Source of the DNA: Candidatus Thorarchaeota archaeon
Lineage (GTDB): Archaea > Asgardarchaeota > Thorarchaeia > Thorarchaeales > Thorarchaeaceae
NCBI GenBank assembly: GCA_046482545.1
Contig: JAWOEX010000039.1
Span: 64,001 to 128,000, forward strand
DNA: 64,000 bases
Direction: 5' to 3'
Shown here: positions 49,117 through 57,681 of the stretch, piece by piece
Position numbering within the stretch: position 1 is the stretch's first letter
How the letters are laid out: every line of letters starts with the position of its first letter
Notes under the pieces: generated by a model
Database searches by the model: none
Seen by the model: the letters and a program-made list of their open reading frames with translations, nothing else
What the model was told of the DNA's origin: nothing
Made by a program: the position numbers and the translations under genes

Positions 49117-51783
49117 ATGGCCCTCAGGGACGTATTGGGAAAGCGCATTCTCCAAGCTATTGTCACTATATTCATAGTTCTCGCAATAGACTTTGCAATA
49201 TTCCATCTAATGCCTGGGAGTATCGAAGATCGGTTGGCAAGAAATCCAAATCTCACTGAGGAAATGATTAACCAGATAATTGCCAGGTTCGGCCTTGACC
49301 AACCGCTTCATATTCAATTTCTCATGTTCGTTGCTAACTTCCTTCAAGGTGACTTTGGAATTTCATTCTTTTACAGAGCACCCGTGGGTCCAATTCTTAT
49401 GACTCGTCTCGTAAACACCCTCTTCCTGATGATTCCGGCAGATATCATTGCCATTTTGGTGGGTGTCTGGATTGGGAAAAAGGCGGCTTGGAATCGAGAG
49501 AAGATATGGGGTACGCTGGGAGTACTGTTCTCTCTGATAACATATGCAATCCCTGGATTCTGGCTTGGTATGATTATGCTGAGCATCTTCGGATATGATT
49601 TGCATCTTGTACCAACAAGTACCTTCAACTTGGTACTATCTCTGCAAGACTACCCGAATGATCCGATTGGATACGTTGTCAATGCCCTTTCACATCTCTT
49701 CCTACCAGTTTTGGTGTTAGTCATAATCATCCTAGGCGTTTTTGCCCTATTAATGAGAAATTCATTGCTAGACGTACTAAGGGAGGACTACATGCTCACG
49801 GCAAAGGCAAAAGGATTGAGCGAGAAAGATCAGCTAAACAGAGAAGCAGTTCCTAACGCCCGCATTCCCGTGGCAACAGTTGTGGCAATCCAGATTGGCT
49901 TCTCAGTAGTTGGTGCTCTTCTGATTGAGATTGTGTTCAACTACCATGGGATTGGTCGCCTCATATGGGATGCCGTTGTGCATCGAGATTACCCCATGCT
50001 TCAGGCTTCATTTTTCATGTTTACCGCCGTATTGGTGTTTACCAATCTGCTTGCCGACATGATATACTTCTGGCTTGATCCCCGAATTCGTGTGGGTACT
50101 CCAAAGAAGGAAACAGAAGCTGTCCATAGGGACTTCTCTTCAAGACTACCAAGTTCTGGAAACTTAATTCTGGCTCTTCTAATAATAATCGATGGTGTTT
50201 TAGCATTTCTCAATCCAGCTATGTTATACATCTCAGTAACGGTAACGATAGTTGCATTATTAGTTGTCAAACGACATTCTATTCTGAACCTTCTGAAATC
50301 TGTTTTCACATCGTATACTCCCAGCAATCTAAAATACTACTGGAATCATAATCGTCCCGAAATCATCTCAAAGGTATTCTCACTTGTGGCGTTCATCGCC
50401 ATAATAGCAATCGCAACCTTGCTGGTGCTTCCATTTCTGGGTTACTCCGGAGTTCCGAACACTGCTATGATAACTACGATGGCTTTTCTTGGGATTGGTT
50501 TCATTGGGATTATCATTGGATCAGTTTTGAAGCGCCCAGAACGGTATTCATCTATTATGCATCAAGTTGCTGGTAATAACATGGGGTTAGCAGGTTTCGC
50601 ACTTGTTTTTGTGTTTGTTCTCTTGGCAGCCTTTGCCGACGTCATTGCACCTTACAGCGCCAAGAAGCTCTCAACGGGTCCCATCTTTTCACCGCCCACA
50701 CCGCTTCCCTTTGAGCATTTTGTTCTATTTAGCATTTCATTTACTCTTATGATTATGGGAGGGGTGTTTATTTTCGTATCCAACCACAAAGAGGCTCCAT
50801 CTATCCCATCCTGGTTTAAAAGAACGCTTTATGGACTTGTTCTTGGCGAAACAGGAGCGCTATTTACCATAGCATCCGTCAACGACAACAGTCAGATTGC
50901 ACTGGCGACATCGATTATTCTTCTCATTATTGCAGGAGGGATCATCTTCCAAGCATTGTTTCGTCAAAGGATGTCTGCAGATCAACAGATTATGTCATCG
51001 CGTTTGAGACTGCTATCGCAGCTATTCATCACCGCTGCTTTAGCAATCTTTGTTGTAGGGGTTTTTCTACTGGCATCATATCAACCGAAGAATATTGCAG
51101 ATTTCCATCTCATGGGGACAGATCAATTAGGTAGAGATATCTTCAGTGGTATAGTTACTGGGTCTAGGATTACTCTTCTAATTGGTGCGCTTGCTACTTT
51201 AATCTCCGTTGCAATCGGAACAACAATTGGATTGATATCCGGGTACTACGGAGGAAAGATTGATACCCTCCTTATGCGCTTCACGGACATCTTCTTTGTC
51301 ATTCCTAGTTTCATACTCATGGTCATTGTAGCTGCTGTGGTAGGCCCCTCAATTACAACAATGTTATTGGTCATTGGAATATTCTCTTGGGCAACAACTG
51401 CCCGAGTGGTAAGAGGACAGGTCCTGTCGATTAAAGAACGACCCTATGTTGAACGAATCAAGTCCATTGGAGGGAGCAATTTATACATAATCTCAAAACA
51501 TATCCTCCCAGGTGTGGCACCACTAATCATAGTTCAGACAGTGCTTCTTGTAATGAACTCAATCTTTTTTGAGATATCACTCGACTTTGTGGGACTCGGT
51601 GACCCCGCAATAATCAGTTGGGGAGCGATGCTCTATCTAGCGCAGAATCAAGGAGCTGTTTCGTTGCATATGTACTGGCTCATTCTGCCGCCAGGAATCG
51701 TAATCATATGCCTTCTGGTAGGAATTTCATTCCTCGGATTTGGACTCGATGAAGTTACTAACCCAAGATTGCGAAAAAGGTAG
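49117..51783 (+). CDS. Fused DppB-DppC ABC permease with extra TM segments
   Basis: FGLDQPL, DYMLTAKAKG, RDYP, DPRIR (DppB); then GTDQLGRD, RFTDIF, ARVVRGQVLS, NPRLR (DppC). Confidence 0.92.
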   Translation: MALRDVLGKRILQAIVTIFIVLAIDFAIFHLMPGSIEDRLARNPNLTEEMINQIIARFGLDQPLHIQFLMFVANFLQGDFGISFFYRAPVGPILMTRLVNTLFLMIPADIIAILVGVWIGKKAAWNREKIWGTLGVLFSLITYAIPGFWLGMIMLSIFGYDLHLVPTSTFNLVLSLQDYPNDPIGYVVNALSHLFLPVLVLVIIILGVFALLMRNSLLDVLREDYMLTAKAKGLSEKDQLNREAVPNARIPVATVVAIQIGFSVVGALLIEIVFNYHGIGRLIWDAVVHRDYPMLQASFFMFTAVLVFTNLLADMIYFWLDPRIRVGTPKKETEAVHRDFSSRLPSSGNLILALLIIIDGVLAFLNPAMLYISVTVTIVALLVVKRHSILNLLKSVFTSYTPSNLKYYWNHNRPEIISKVFSLVAFIAIIAIATLLVLPFLGYSGVPNTAMITTMAFLGIGFIGIIIGSVLKRPERYSSIMHQVAGNNMGLAGFALVFVFVLLAAFADVIAPYSAKKLSTGPIFSPPTPLPFEHFVLFSISFTLMIMGGVFIFVSNHKEAPSIPSWFKRTLYGLVLGETGALFTIASVNDNSQIALATSIILLIIAGGIIFQALFRQRMSADQQIMSSRLRLLSQLFITAALAIFVVGVFLLASYQPKNIADFHLMGTDQLGRDIFSGIVTGSRITLLIGALATLISVAIGTTIGLISGYYGGKIDTLLMRFTDIFFVIPSFILMVIVAAVVGPSITTMLLVIGIFSWATTARVVRGQVLSIKERPYVERIKSIGGSNLYIISKHILPGVAPLIIVQTVLLVMNSIFFEISLDFVGLGDPAIISWGAMLYLAQNQGAVSLHMYWLILPPGIVIICLLVGISFLGFGLDEVTNPRLRKR

Positions 51784-51793
51784 GTGACAAAGG

Positions 51794-52759
51794 ATGGGAA
51801 ATGACAAACCACTGCTCAATATCCAAAACTTGAACGTCCATTATGAGACGCTTAAAGGAGAAATTCAAGCCGTTCAGGACGTAGATTTCACTCTCGACCA
51901 TGGCGAGTTCTTAGGATTGAGTGGAGAAAGCGGTTGTGGGAAAACAACTACAGCAATGAGTCTCTTGCGGCTTCTTCCAAGTGAGGGTATAATTGACAGC
52001 GGGTCGATATACTTTGAGAATCAAGATGTCCTAAGCTTGGCAAAGGCAGAACTACGGGATTTTCGCTGGAAGAGAGCCTCAATGATTTTCCAAGGTTCAA
52101 TGAATGCACTCAACCCAGTTCATAGAGTCGTCGACCAAATGGTGGATGCTATCCAATTGCATGAAGACATTGCCAAGGAGGAAGCTACTGAACGCTCACT
52201 TGACCTCTTAGAAGGCCTTGGCCTTGAACGGTCTCGAGGCTACGCCTATCCCCATGAACTAAGTGGTGGCATGCTTCAGCGGTCCATGATTGCACTATCT
52301 TTAGCCTGTCATCCGTCACTTGTGATAGCCGATGAGCCAACTACAGCATTAGACGTGATGATTCAAGCCCAGATTCTTGATCTCATAAATAGCATCCGAA
52401 AAGAGACAGACCTATCTATGATTCTCATCACTCATGACCTCTCTGTTATTGCAGAGACATGTGATAAGGTGATAATCATGTACGCAGGGCGTATTGTGGA
52501 AGAAGCCTCTGTTCATGATTTGTTTACGTCTCCAGTCCACCCATATACAAGAAAGCTGATTTCTTCTTTTCCAAGCATACTAAAAGAAAAAGAAATAGAC
52601 TATATACCGGGAGTTCCCCCGGATTTGAGCAATCCCCCATCAGGATGTCCGTTCCACGATCGGTGTGAGTACGCGATAGATGAATGCAGAAAGACAGTGC
52701 CGCCTCTTGAAGAGAAGAATGGAACGCGGGTTGCATGTATCAGGAGTGATGAGATATGA
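51794..52759 (+). CDS. dppD: Oligopeptide ABC ATPase DppD/OppD
   Basis: GESGCGKT, YPHELSGGMLQR, ADEPTTALD, HPYT, GCPFHDRC. Confidence 0.95.
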   Translation: MGNDKPLLNIQNLNVHYETLKGEIQAVQDVDFTLDHGEFLGLSGESGCGKTTTAMSLLRLLPSEGIIDSGSIYFENQDVLSLAKAELRDFRWKRASMIFQGSMNALNPVHRVVDQMVDAIQLHEDIAKEEATERSLDLLEGLGLERSRGYAYPHELSGGMLQRSMIALSLACHPSLVIADEPTTALDVMIQAQILDLINSIRKETDLSMILITHDLSVIAETCDKVIIMYAGRIVEEASVHDLFTSPVHPYTRKLISSFPSILKEKEIDYIPGVPPDLSNPPSGCPFHDRCEYAIDECRKTVPPLEEKNGTRVACIRSDEI

Positions 52760-53757
52760 GCTCTAGTGCTATTCTTGAAATTCATGACATTAAGAAGTGG
52801 TTCGCAGTCAGGGGTGGTTTCTTGTCAAGTCTTATCAGATCGGAACCCGAAGAGTACATCAAGGCAGTCGATGGAATCAGCCTTGATATCAATAGGGGTG
52901 AGATTTTCGCAGTTGTTGGTGAGAGCGGCTGCGGGAAGACGACCCTTGCCCGACTTGTTATGGGGCTTGAGGTGCCAACTAGTGGTGAAATCCTACTTGA
53001 AGGTAACAAGATTTCGCACATGAGCCAGTCTGAGTTCAAGCCTATCCGAACTCGAATTCAGATGATTTTCCAAGATCCGTATGGCTCACTGAATAATTCC
53101 ATGAGCATAGGTGATATTGTTGCAGAACCCCTTAGAATTCATAATATCTGTAGAATCGCACAAGAGCAAGAAGAAAAGGTCAAAACTGCGCTAGAAGATG
53201 TGGGATTAACTCCTGCAGAAGATTATGTCAACCGTTACCCCCATGAACTGAGCGGTGGGCAACGGCAGCGAGTAGCGGTCGCCGCTGCACTTGTGCTTGA
53301 TCCAGAAGTCCTGATTGCAGATGAGCCAGTTTCAATGCTAGATGTTTCAATGAGGGGGCAGATACTGAAGATTCTCGTTGATTTGAAACATAAACGGGGA
53401 ATCACAATCATGCTTATCACACACAATCTTGCTGTCGCACGGCAAGTAGCTGATAGAATTGCGGTAACATACCTAGGAAAGGTTGTCGAAACAGGAGACA
53501 TCCGATCTATTATTGAAGATCCCGAGCATCCCTATACCAAGGCATTGATTTCAGTTGTGCCTGTACCAAATCCGACTGCCAAGAGAGAGAAGATGTTACT
53601 TTTTGGTGAAATACCAAGTCCTATCAATCTCCCTACGGGTTGTAGGTTCCATCCTCGCTGCCCATTTTCCAAGGAAAAATGCTCTTCTCAGGAACCTTCA
53701 TTAAGAACAGTAGAGGATGGACGTAAGGTGGCTTGTTTCACACCTGAAGAACAATGA
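52756..53757 (+). CDS. dppF: Oligopeptide ABC ATPase DppF/OppF
   Basis: KAVDGIS, GESGCGKT, FQDPYGSLN, LSGGQRQR, GCRFHPRC. Confidence 0.95.
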   Translation: MSSSAILEIHDIKKWFAVRGGFLSSLIRSEPEEYIKAVDGISLDINRGEIFAVVGESGCGKTTLARLVMGLEVPTSGEILLEGNKISHMSQSEFKPIRTRIQMIFQDPYGSLNNSMSIGDIVAEPLRIHNICRIAQEQEEKVKTALEDVGLTPAEDYVNRYPHELSGGQRQRVAVAAALVLDPEVLIADEPVSMLDVSMRGQILKILVDLKHKRGITIMLITHNLAVARQVADRIAVTYLGKVVETGDIRSIIEDPEHPYTKALISVVPVPNPTAKREKMLLFGEIPSPINLPTGCRFHPRCPFSKEKCSSQEPSLRTVEDGRKVACFTPEEQ

Positions 53758-53760
53758 AAC

Positions 53761-54285
53761 ATGGAAATGAGGGAGATCAGAATGAAAACGAAACAGGGAC
53801 TTGACGAACTCGATTTGAAGATACTCTCGGAGCTCCAGAAGGACTGTCGAACGCCGCTCCAAGAAGTAGCTAAGCGCGTTGGAGCACCTTCGTCGACTGT
53901 GCATTATAGAGTAAAGAAGCTTGAAAGAGAAGGAATCATTGATGGCTATTATGCACACATCAATTCAGAAAAGCTGGACATGGACTACCTCACCATAATT
54001 CGCATAGGTGCCGAATATGGTCCCAAGTACTACGATGACGTGGGTAAGAAGTTGGCTGAAACGGAAGGGGTATGGGCAGTATACTTTGTCCTGGGAGAGA
54101 CAGACTTCTATGTTCTTACTAGATCAGCAGACCGCCGATCATACATGAAAATCCTTGATAGAATTATGTCTTTAGAACACATAAAAAGAACCTCCACGCA
54201 AGTCGTTGCAAAGGTCATCAAGGAAGATCCACGGCTCCAGATATTGACATTACAAAAAGAGGCGAACGAAGAGGAAAGCGCCTGA
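53761..54285 (+). CDS. Lrp/AsnC transcriptional regulator
   Basis: LDELDLKILSELQKDCR..L.EVAKRVG..SSTVHYRVKKLEREGII HTH plus RAM domain. Confidence 0.95.
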   Translation: MEMREIRMKTKQGLDELDLKILSELQKDCRTPLQEVAKRVGAPSSTVHYRVKKLEREGIIDGYYAHINSEKLDMDYLTIIRIGAEYGPKYYDDVGKKLAETEGVWAVYFVLGETDFYVLTRSADRRSYMKILDRIMSLEHIKRTSTQVVAKVIKEDPRLQILTLQKEANEEESA

Positions 54286-54399
54286 GCATTGTCAATGTTG
54301 AAACCAGAGTCATAAGCATCATTGTAGATAGGTATGAATGATTTTTATGTGAAGAAGTACAATATTAACTGCAGTAAAGACCTCGGAGAGGCTAAAATA

Positions 54400-54624
54400 G
54401 TGGTTGTAGTTATCGTGCTTACACAAGTTTCTGTGGGAAACGCAGAGAGCGTCCAAAAGAAAATGGAGTCCTTTGATGAGATAGAGTTTGCGCATGTTGT
54501 GACCGGTCCATACGACGTTATAGCTGTCGGTGAACTTGATTCAAAAGCAGACTTCCGAAGATTCGTGGACAGAATTCACGAAGTCGAGGGTGTCGTACGC
54601 ACAGAGACATGTCTGGGCATCTAG
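54400..54624 (+). CDS. Stand-alone Lrp/AsnC ligand-binding (RAM) domain
   Basis: HVVTGPYDVIA, IHEVEGVVRTET; no HTH; GGAGAGG SD upstream of GTG 54400. Confidence 0.88.
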   Translation: MVVVIVLTQVSVGNAESVQKKMESFDEIEFAHVVTGPYDVIAVGELDSKADFRRFVDRIHEVEGVVRTETCLGI

Positions 54625-54760
54625 TTGAATTGGATGAATCAGTCAGGCAACTTCATCGAAACTGACTTCGCATTAGAGCGCTGATCGAGAAAGTGCTCAT
54701 CACATGTGATGGAAGAAGCATCTCTAAATCACTTAACCAGCTAGCACCCAATCAGAAATC

Positions 54761-55132
54761 CTAGAATTCGGATAGAGTTCCTCGAGAGCTTATATTTCTC
54801 TCCGTCAAACGGAATAGTAGCAATCCGATTGTAATGAATACAATATCGAGAACCACTAAAGCTACTACAGCGTTCATGGCAGTGGAGAATGCGAAACCCT
54901 CCATCAGAAAACCCCTAAAACCTTCTACACTCCAAGTAAGAGGTGAAACAACGGCCACATACTGAAGCAGTGGTGGTAACACAGCAATGGGATAGGACAT
55001 CTGCGCAACGAGCAGGAGGATACTGGACAGGAGTTCGACAATCATCCATGCTTGCTTCGCGACAACTACAATGCACACCACGCTTAACACAAGACCCCGC
55101 ATGGCAAGGATGGAAGGATAAATCATAGCCAA
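54761..55132 (-). pseudogene. N-terminally truncated ABC-2 permease fragment
   Basis: SYPIAVLPPLLQYVAVVSPLTWSVEGFR is the C-terminal half of ABC-2 permeases; only 123 aa; no ATPase nearby. Confidence 0.6.
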
Positions 55133-55168
55133 ATAAGAGAGGAATTTTGATTGAAATTCCGGCGCAAA

Positions 55169-55789
55169 TTACTTGCCCAATTTCTCGAGACGTTTCTCGA
55201 TTCTTTTCAGCTGCTCCTGCATCTTATCCATTCGCTTCTTAAGATTCTCCAGTTCTTGATCTGTTGAAGCAGAAGCTTGTGAAGTAGGAGCTTGCGGACC
55301 CGCACCAGTGCCGGGCCAGCGTCTAAAGCCCATTCCACGTCCACCTCCGCGTCCACCTCCGCGTCCCATGCCCATGTTAGGCGCGGCTCCGACTCCAGCA
55401 CCAGCTCCTGTGCCTGCGCCCGCACCTGTACCCATTGAGGTTCCTGAAGGCGCTACTGTTCCAGCTGATTCAGCATCGCCGCTTTTGAAACTCTCAACCG
55501 CATTTCGAATAGTGCCGCCTACACCTGTAACCATTTTAATCCCTGCAGCCGATAGTGCCTGTGTAGCATTTGGTCCAAGGCTTCCGGTCAGTACTGCTTG
55601 AACTCCCTTCTGTGCCATCATCTGTGCTGCCTGAATGCCTGCTCCTCTTGCGGCGCCAGCGGCTGTATTCTGTATGACCTCAGATTCCATGGTATCAGAA
55701 TCTACAACAACAAAATACTGACATCTACCAAATCTCGGATCTACTTCTGCGTCCAAACTCGGACCTGTTGACGATATTCCCAGCTTCAT
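55169..55789 (-). CDS. NifB/NifX (Nitro_FeMo-Co) family protein with Gly-rich RGG tail and coiled coil
   Basis: VDPRFGRCQYF, GAGIQAAQ, GPNA...L; GMGRGGGRGGGRGMG; ELENLKKRMDKMQEQL. Confidence 0.88.
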   Translation of the reverse strand: MKLGISSTGPSLDAEVDPRFGRCQYFVVVDSDTMESEVIQNTAAGAARGAGIQAAQMMAQKGVQAVLTGSLGPNATQALSAAGIKMVTGVGGTIRNAVESFKSGDAESAGTVAPSGTSMGTGAGAGTGAGAGVGAAPNMGMGRGGGRGGGRGMGFRRWPGTGAGPQAPTSQASASTDQELENLKKRMDKMQEQLKRIEKRLEKLGK

Positions 55790-55991
55790 TTGAATTACTC
55801 TCGGTACTCTGTATTTGTGTTTATGCACAAATAAGATAACACTTGTGGTTTGTAACTGGCAACCACTTCGGAATCGGTAGGGATTGCTTGCTTACAATTT
55901 CTAGCTTTTCAGAAAGGTTCCCCCAAACCCGCGGATACTTAAATGATGAAACCAATAAACTGCCAAGCATCAAAGGTATCAAAACAGCAAG

Positions 55992-56396
55992 ATGAAACGA
56001 AAAGTCGATACCAAGATGCGAGGGATGAACATGATTCAGAAAAAACGAATGGGTATTTCTATTCTAGTGGGAGCTCTACTTGGAGTTCTGTGTATACTTG
56101 GAGTTGGCAGTAGGTTAGCAGGAGGATACATGACAAATGCAGTATTTCTTTTTGGTATGTGGTACAATAGAGTCATAATGGGAATACTGATTGGTTTTGC
56201 AGGGGAGGTCAACCTGTTAGGCAAAGAGGGTGAGAAACGACTGGTTAATGCCGCCGTTAAAGGATTGATTCTCGGAATCATAGTCTCATTTGCCATTTTC
56301 TTCTCCTCAGAATTCAGAGATCTTCCAAGCTTGTTTGCTGGTTTCGCGTATGGACCCATTATCGATATCGTTGCGACTTATGGTGAGACAAAGTAA
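55992..56396 (+). CDS. Small 4-TM membrane protein
   Basis: GALLGVLCILG, WYNRVIMG, GFAYGPIID. Confidence 0.75.
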   Translation: MKRKVDTKMRGMNMIQKKRMGISILVGALLGVLCILGVGSRLAGGYMTNAVFLFGMWYNRVIMGILIGFAGEVNLLGKEGEKRLVNAAVKGLILGIIVSFAIFFSSEFRDLPSLFAGFAYGPIIDIVATYGETK

Positions 56397-56463
56397 TGAC
56401 ATAATGACACACCAGAGGGGATTTGACCAGAAATATTAGCAGTAGGCCACGATTACAGTAATT

Positions 56464-57372
56464 ATGGCCCCTGTATCTTCAGATTTGGTCATTGGAGTTG
56501 CAGCCGGGTTACTGCATGCTCTCTTCTTTTCAATTTCAGTGAACATCTACAAGGGTCAACGTAAGGGAATCCACCCAGTAGCAGTTAGCGCATTGAAAAT
56601 GTGGGTCGCTTTCTTACTAATGGGATTCATTGTGTTAGTCACCCTAAGGACATCCGCACTACAAGTACCAATGCATAACGTTGTGATTCTCTCTATTAGT
56701 ATGATTACTTCAATGGTTGTTGGAGACACGTTCTACTTGTTATCTCAAGAACGGATTGGTGTGGCCTATGCCTATCCAATAAGCAATGTTTATCCGATAG
56801 TAACCTACATTCTCTCCATGGCCTTTCTCGGCGAGGCCTTCGTGATGGCACGCTGGTTTGGTGCGATTCTTGCTGTTACTGGAGTTGTATTGCTTTCATG
56901 GGAGCAAAACAGAAACAAACGTGAGGAAATACATGTTCGTGGGAAAACGATCGTCGGACTTGTCTTGGTTGTTCTAGCGATAATCTGTTATGCTGCCGGT
57001 ACCGTCCTCGTGCAAGTGGGTCTTGATGGTGTTGATCCTCTTGATGCGAATTTTGTGAGGACGTTCGTCTGTAGCCTTGTCTTCGTTCCGATATATGGCG
57101 TGGCCAGATACAGGGGGATGGATCAACCGACGAGAAAGGCAACGAAAATCACTGCTGTTGCCGCACTCTTTGGCATGGGTTTTGGTTCGTTGCTGTATGC
57201 AATCAGTGTGAAATATGTCGGAGCGACAACAATGTCAGTAATGGCTTCAATGGGTCCGATTTTCGGTCTTCCGATGTCAGTGCATCACCTGAACGAAAAA
57301 GTGACGCTCCGAGCTGTTGTTGGAACGGTAATCAGTATCCTAGGCGTTATTCTTGTGGTAATTGGATTCTGA
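56464..57372 (+). CDS. EamA/DMT family transporter (paralog 1)
   Basis: 10 TM, two EamA repeats, GDTFY..SQERIGV, LNEKVT. Confidence 0.92.
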   Translation: MAPVSSDLVIGVAAGLLHALFFSISVNIYKGQRKGIHPVAVSALKMWVAFLLMGFIVLVTLRTSALQVPMHNVVILSISMITSMVVGDTFYLLSQERIGVAYAYPISNVYPIVTYILSMAFLGEAFVMARWFGAILAVTGVVLLSWEQNRNKREEIHVRGKTIVGLVLVVLAIICYAAGTVLVQVGLDGVDPLDANFVRTFVCSLVFVPIYGVARYRGMDQPTRKATKITAVAALFGMGFGSLLYAISVKYVGATTMSVMASMGPIFGLPMSVHHLNEKVTLRAVVGTVISILGVILVVIGF

Positions 57373-57681
57373 CTACCAGTAGAAGCATATAAGACTATGA
57401 TTTGCTGAGGCTCCGTAATGTCGGTATTCCTTAGAGAAAAGACATAATCGGCAGCGAGGGCGGGAATTCTTCATTGGCTTTCAGATTCTGAAGAATTGCA
57501 AGGAACAATGTATGTGTATACGTGCCCCAGTAAGAAATAGTACATACTTATAAGTAAAACAACAGGAAAAAAATGAAAAACTAGCATGCCGCGCTTTAAG
57601 CTCCTTTTGACGTTGAGCATGTCCAAGCTCACCTCAACTGAACGAAATCGTTGTGTGCAATACGTTATATAAGATGGAGTT

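Noticed and set aside
55169-55789. Evidence for nitrogen fixation
   Set aside because: NifB/NifX-like domains are widespread in non-diazotrophic archaea, and no nifHDK is present in the window.
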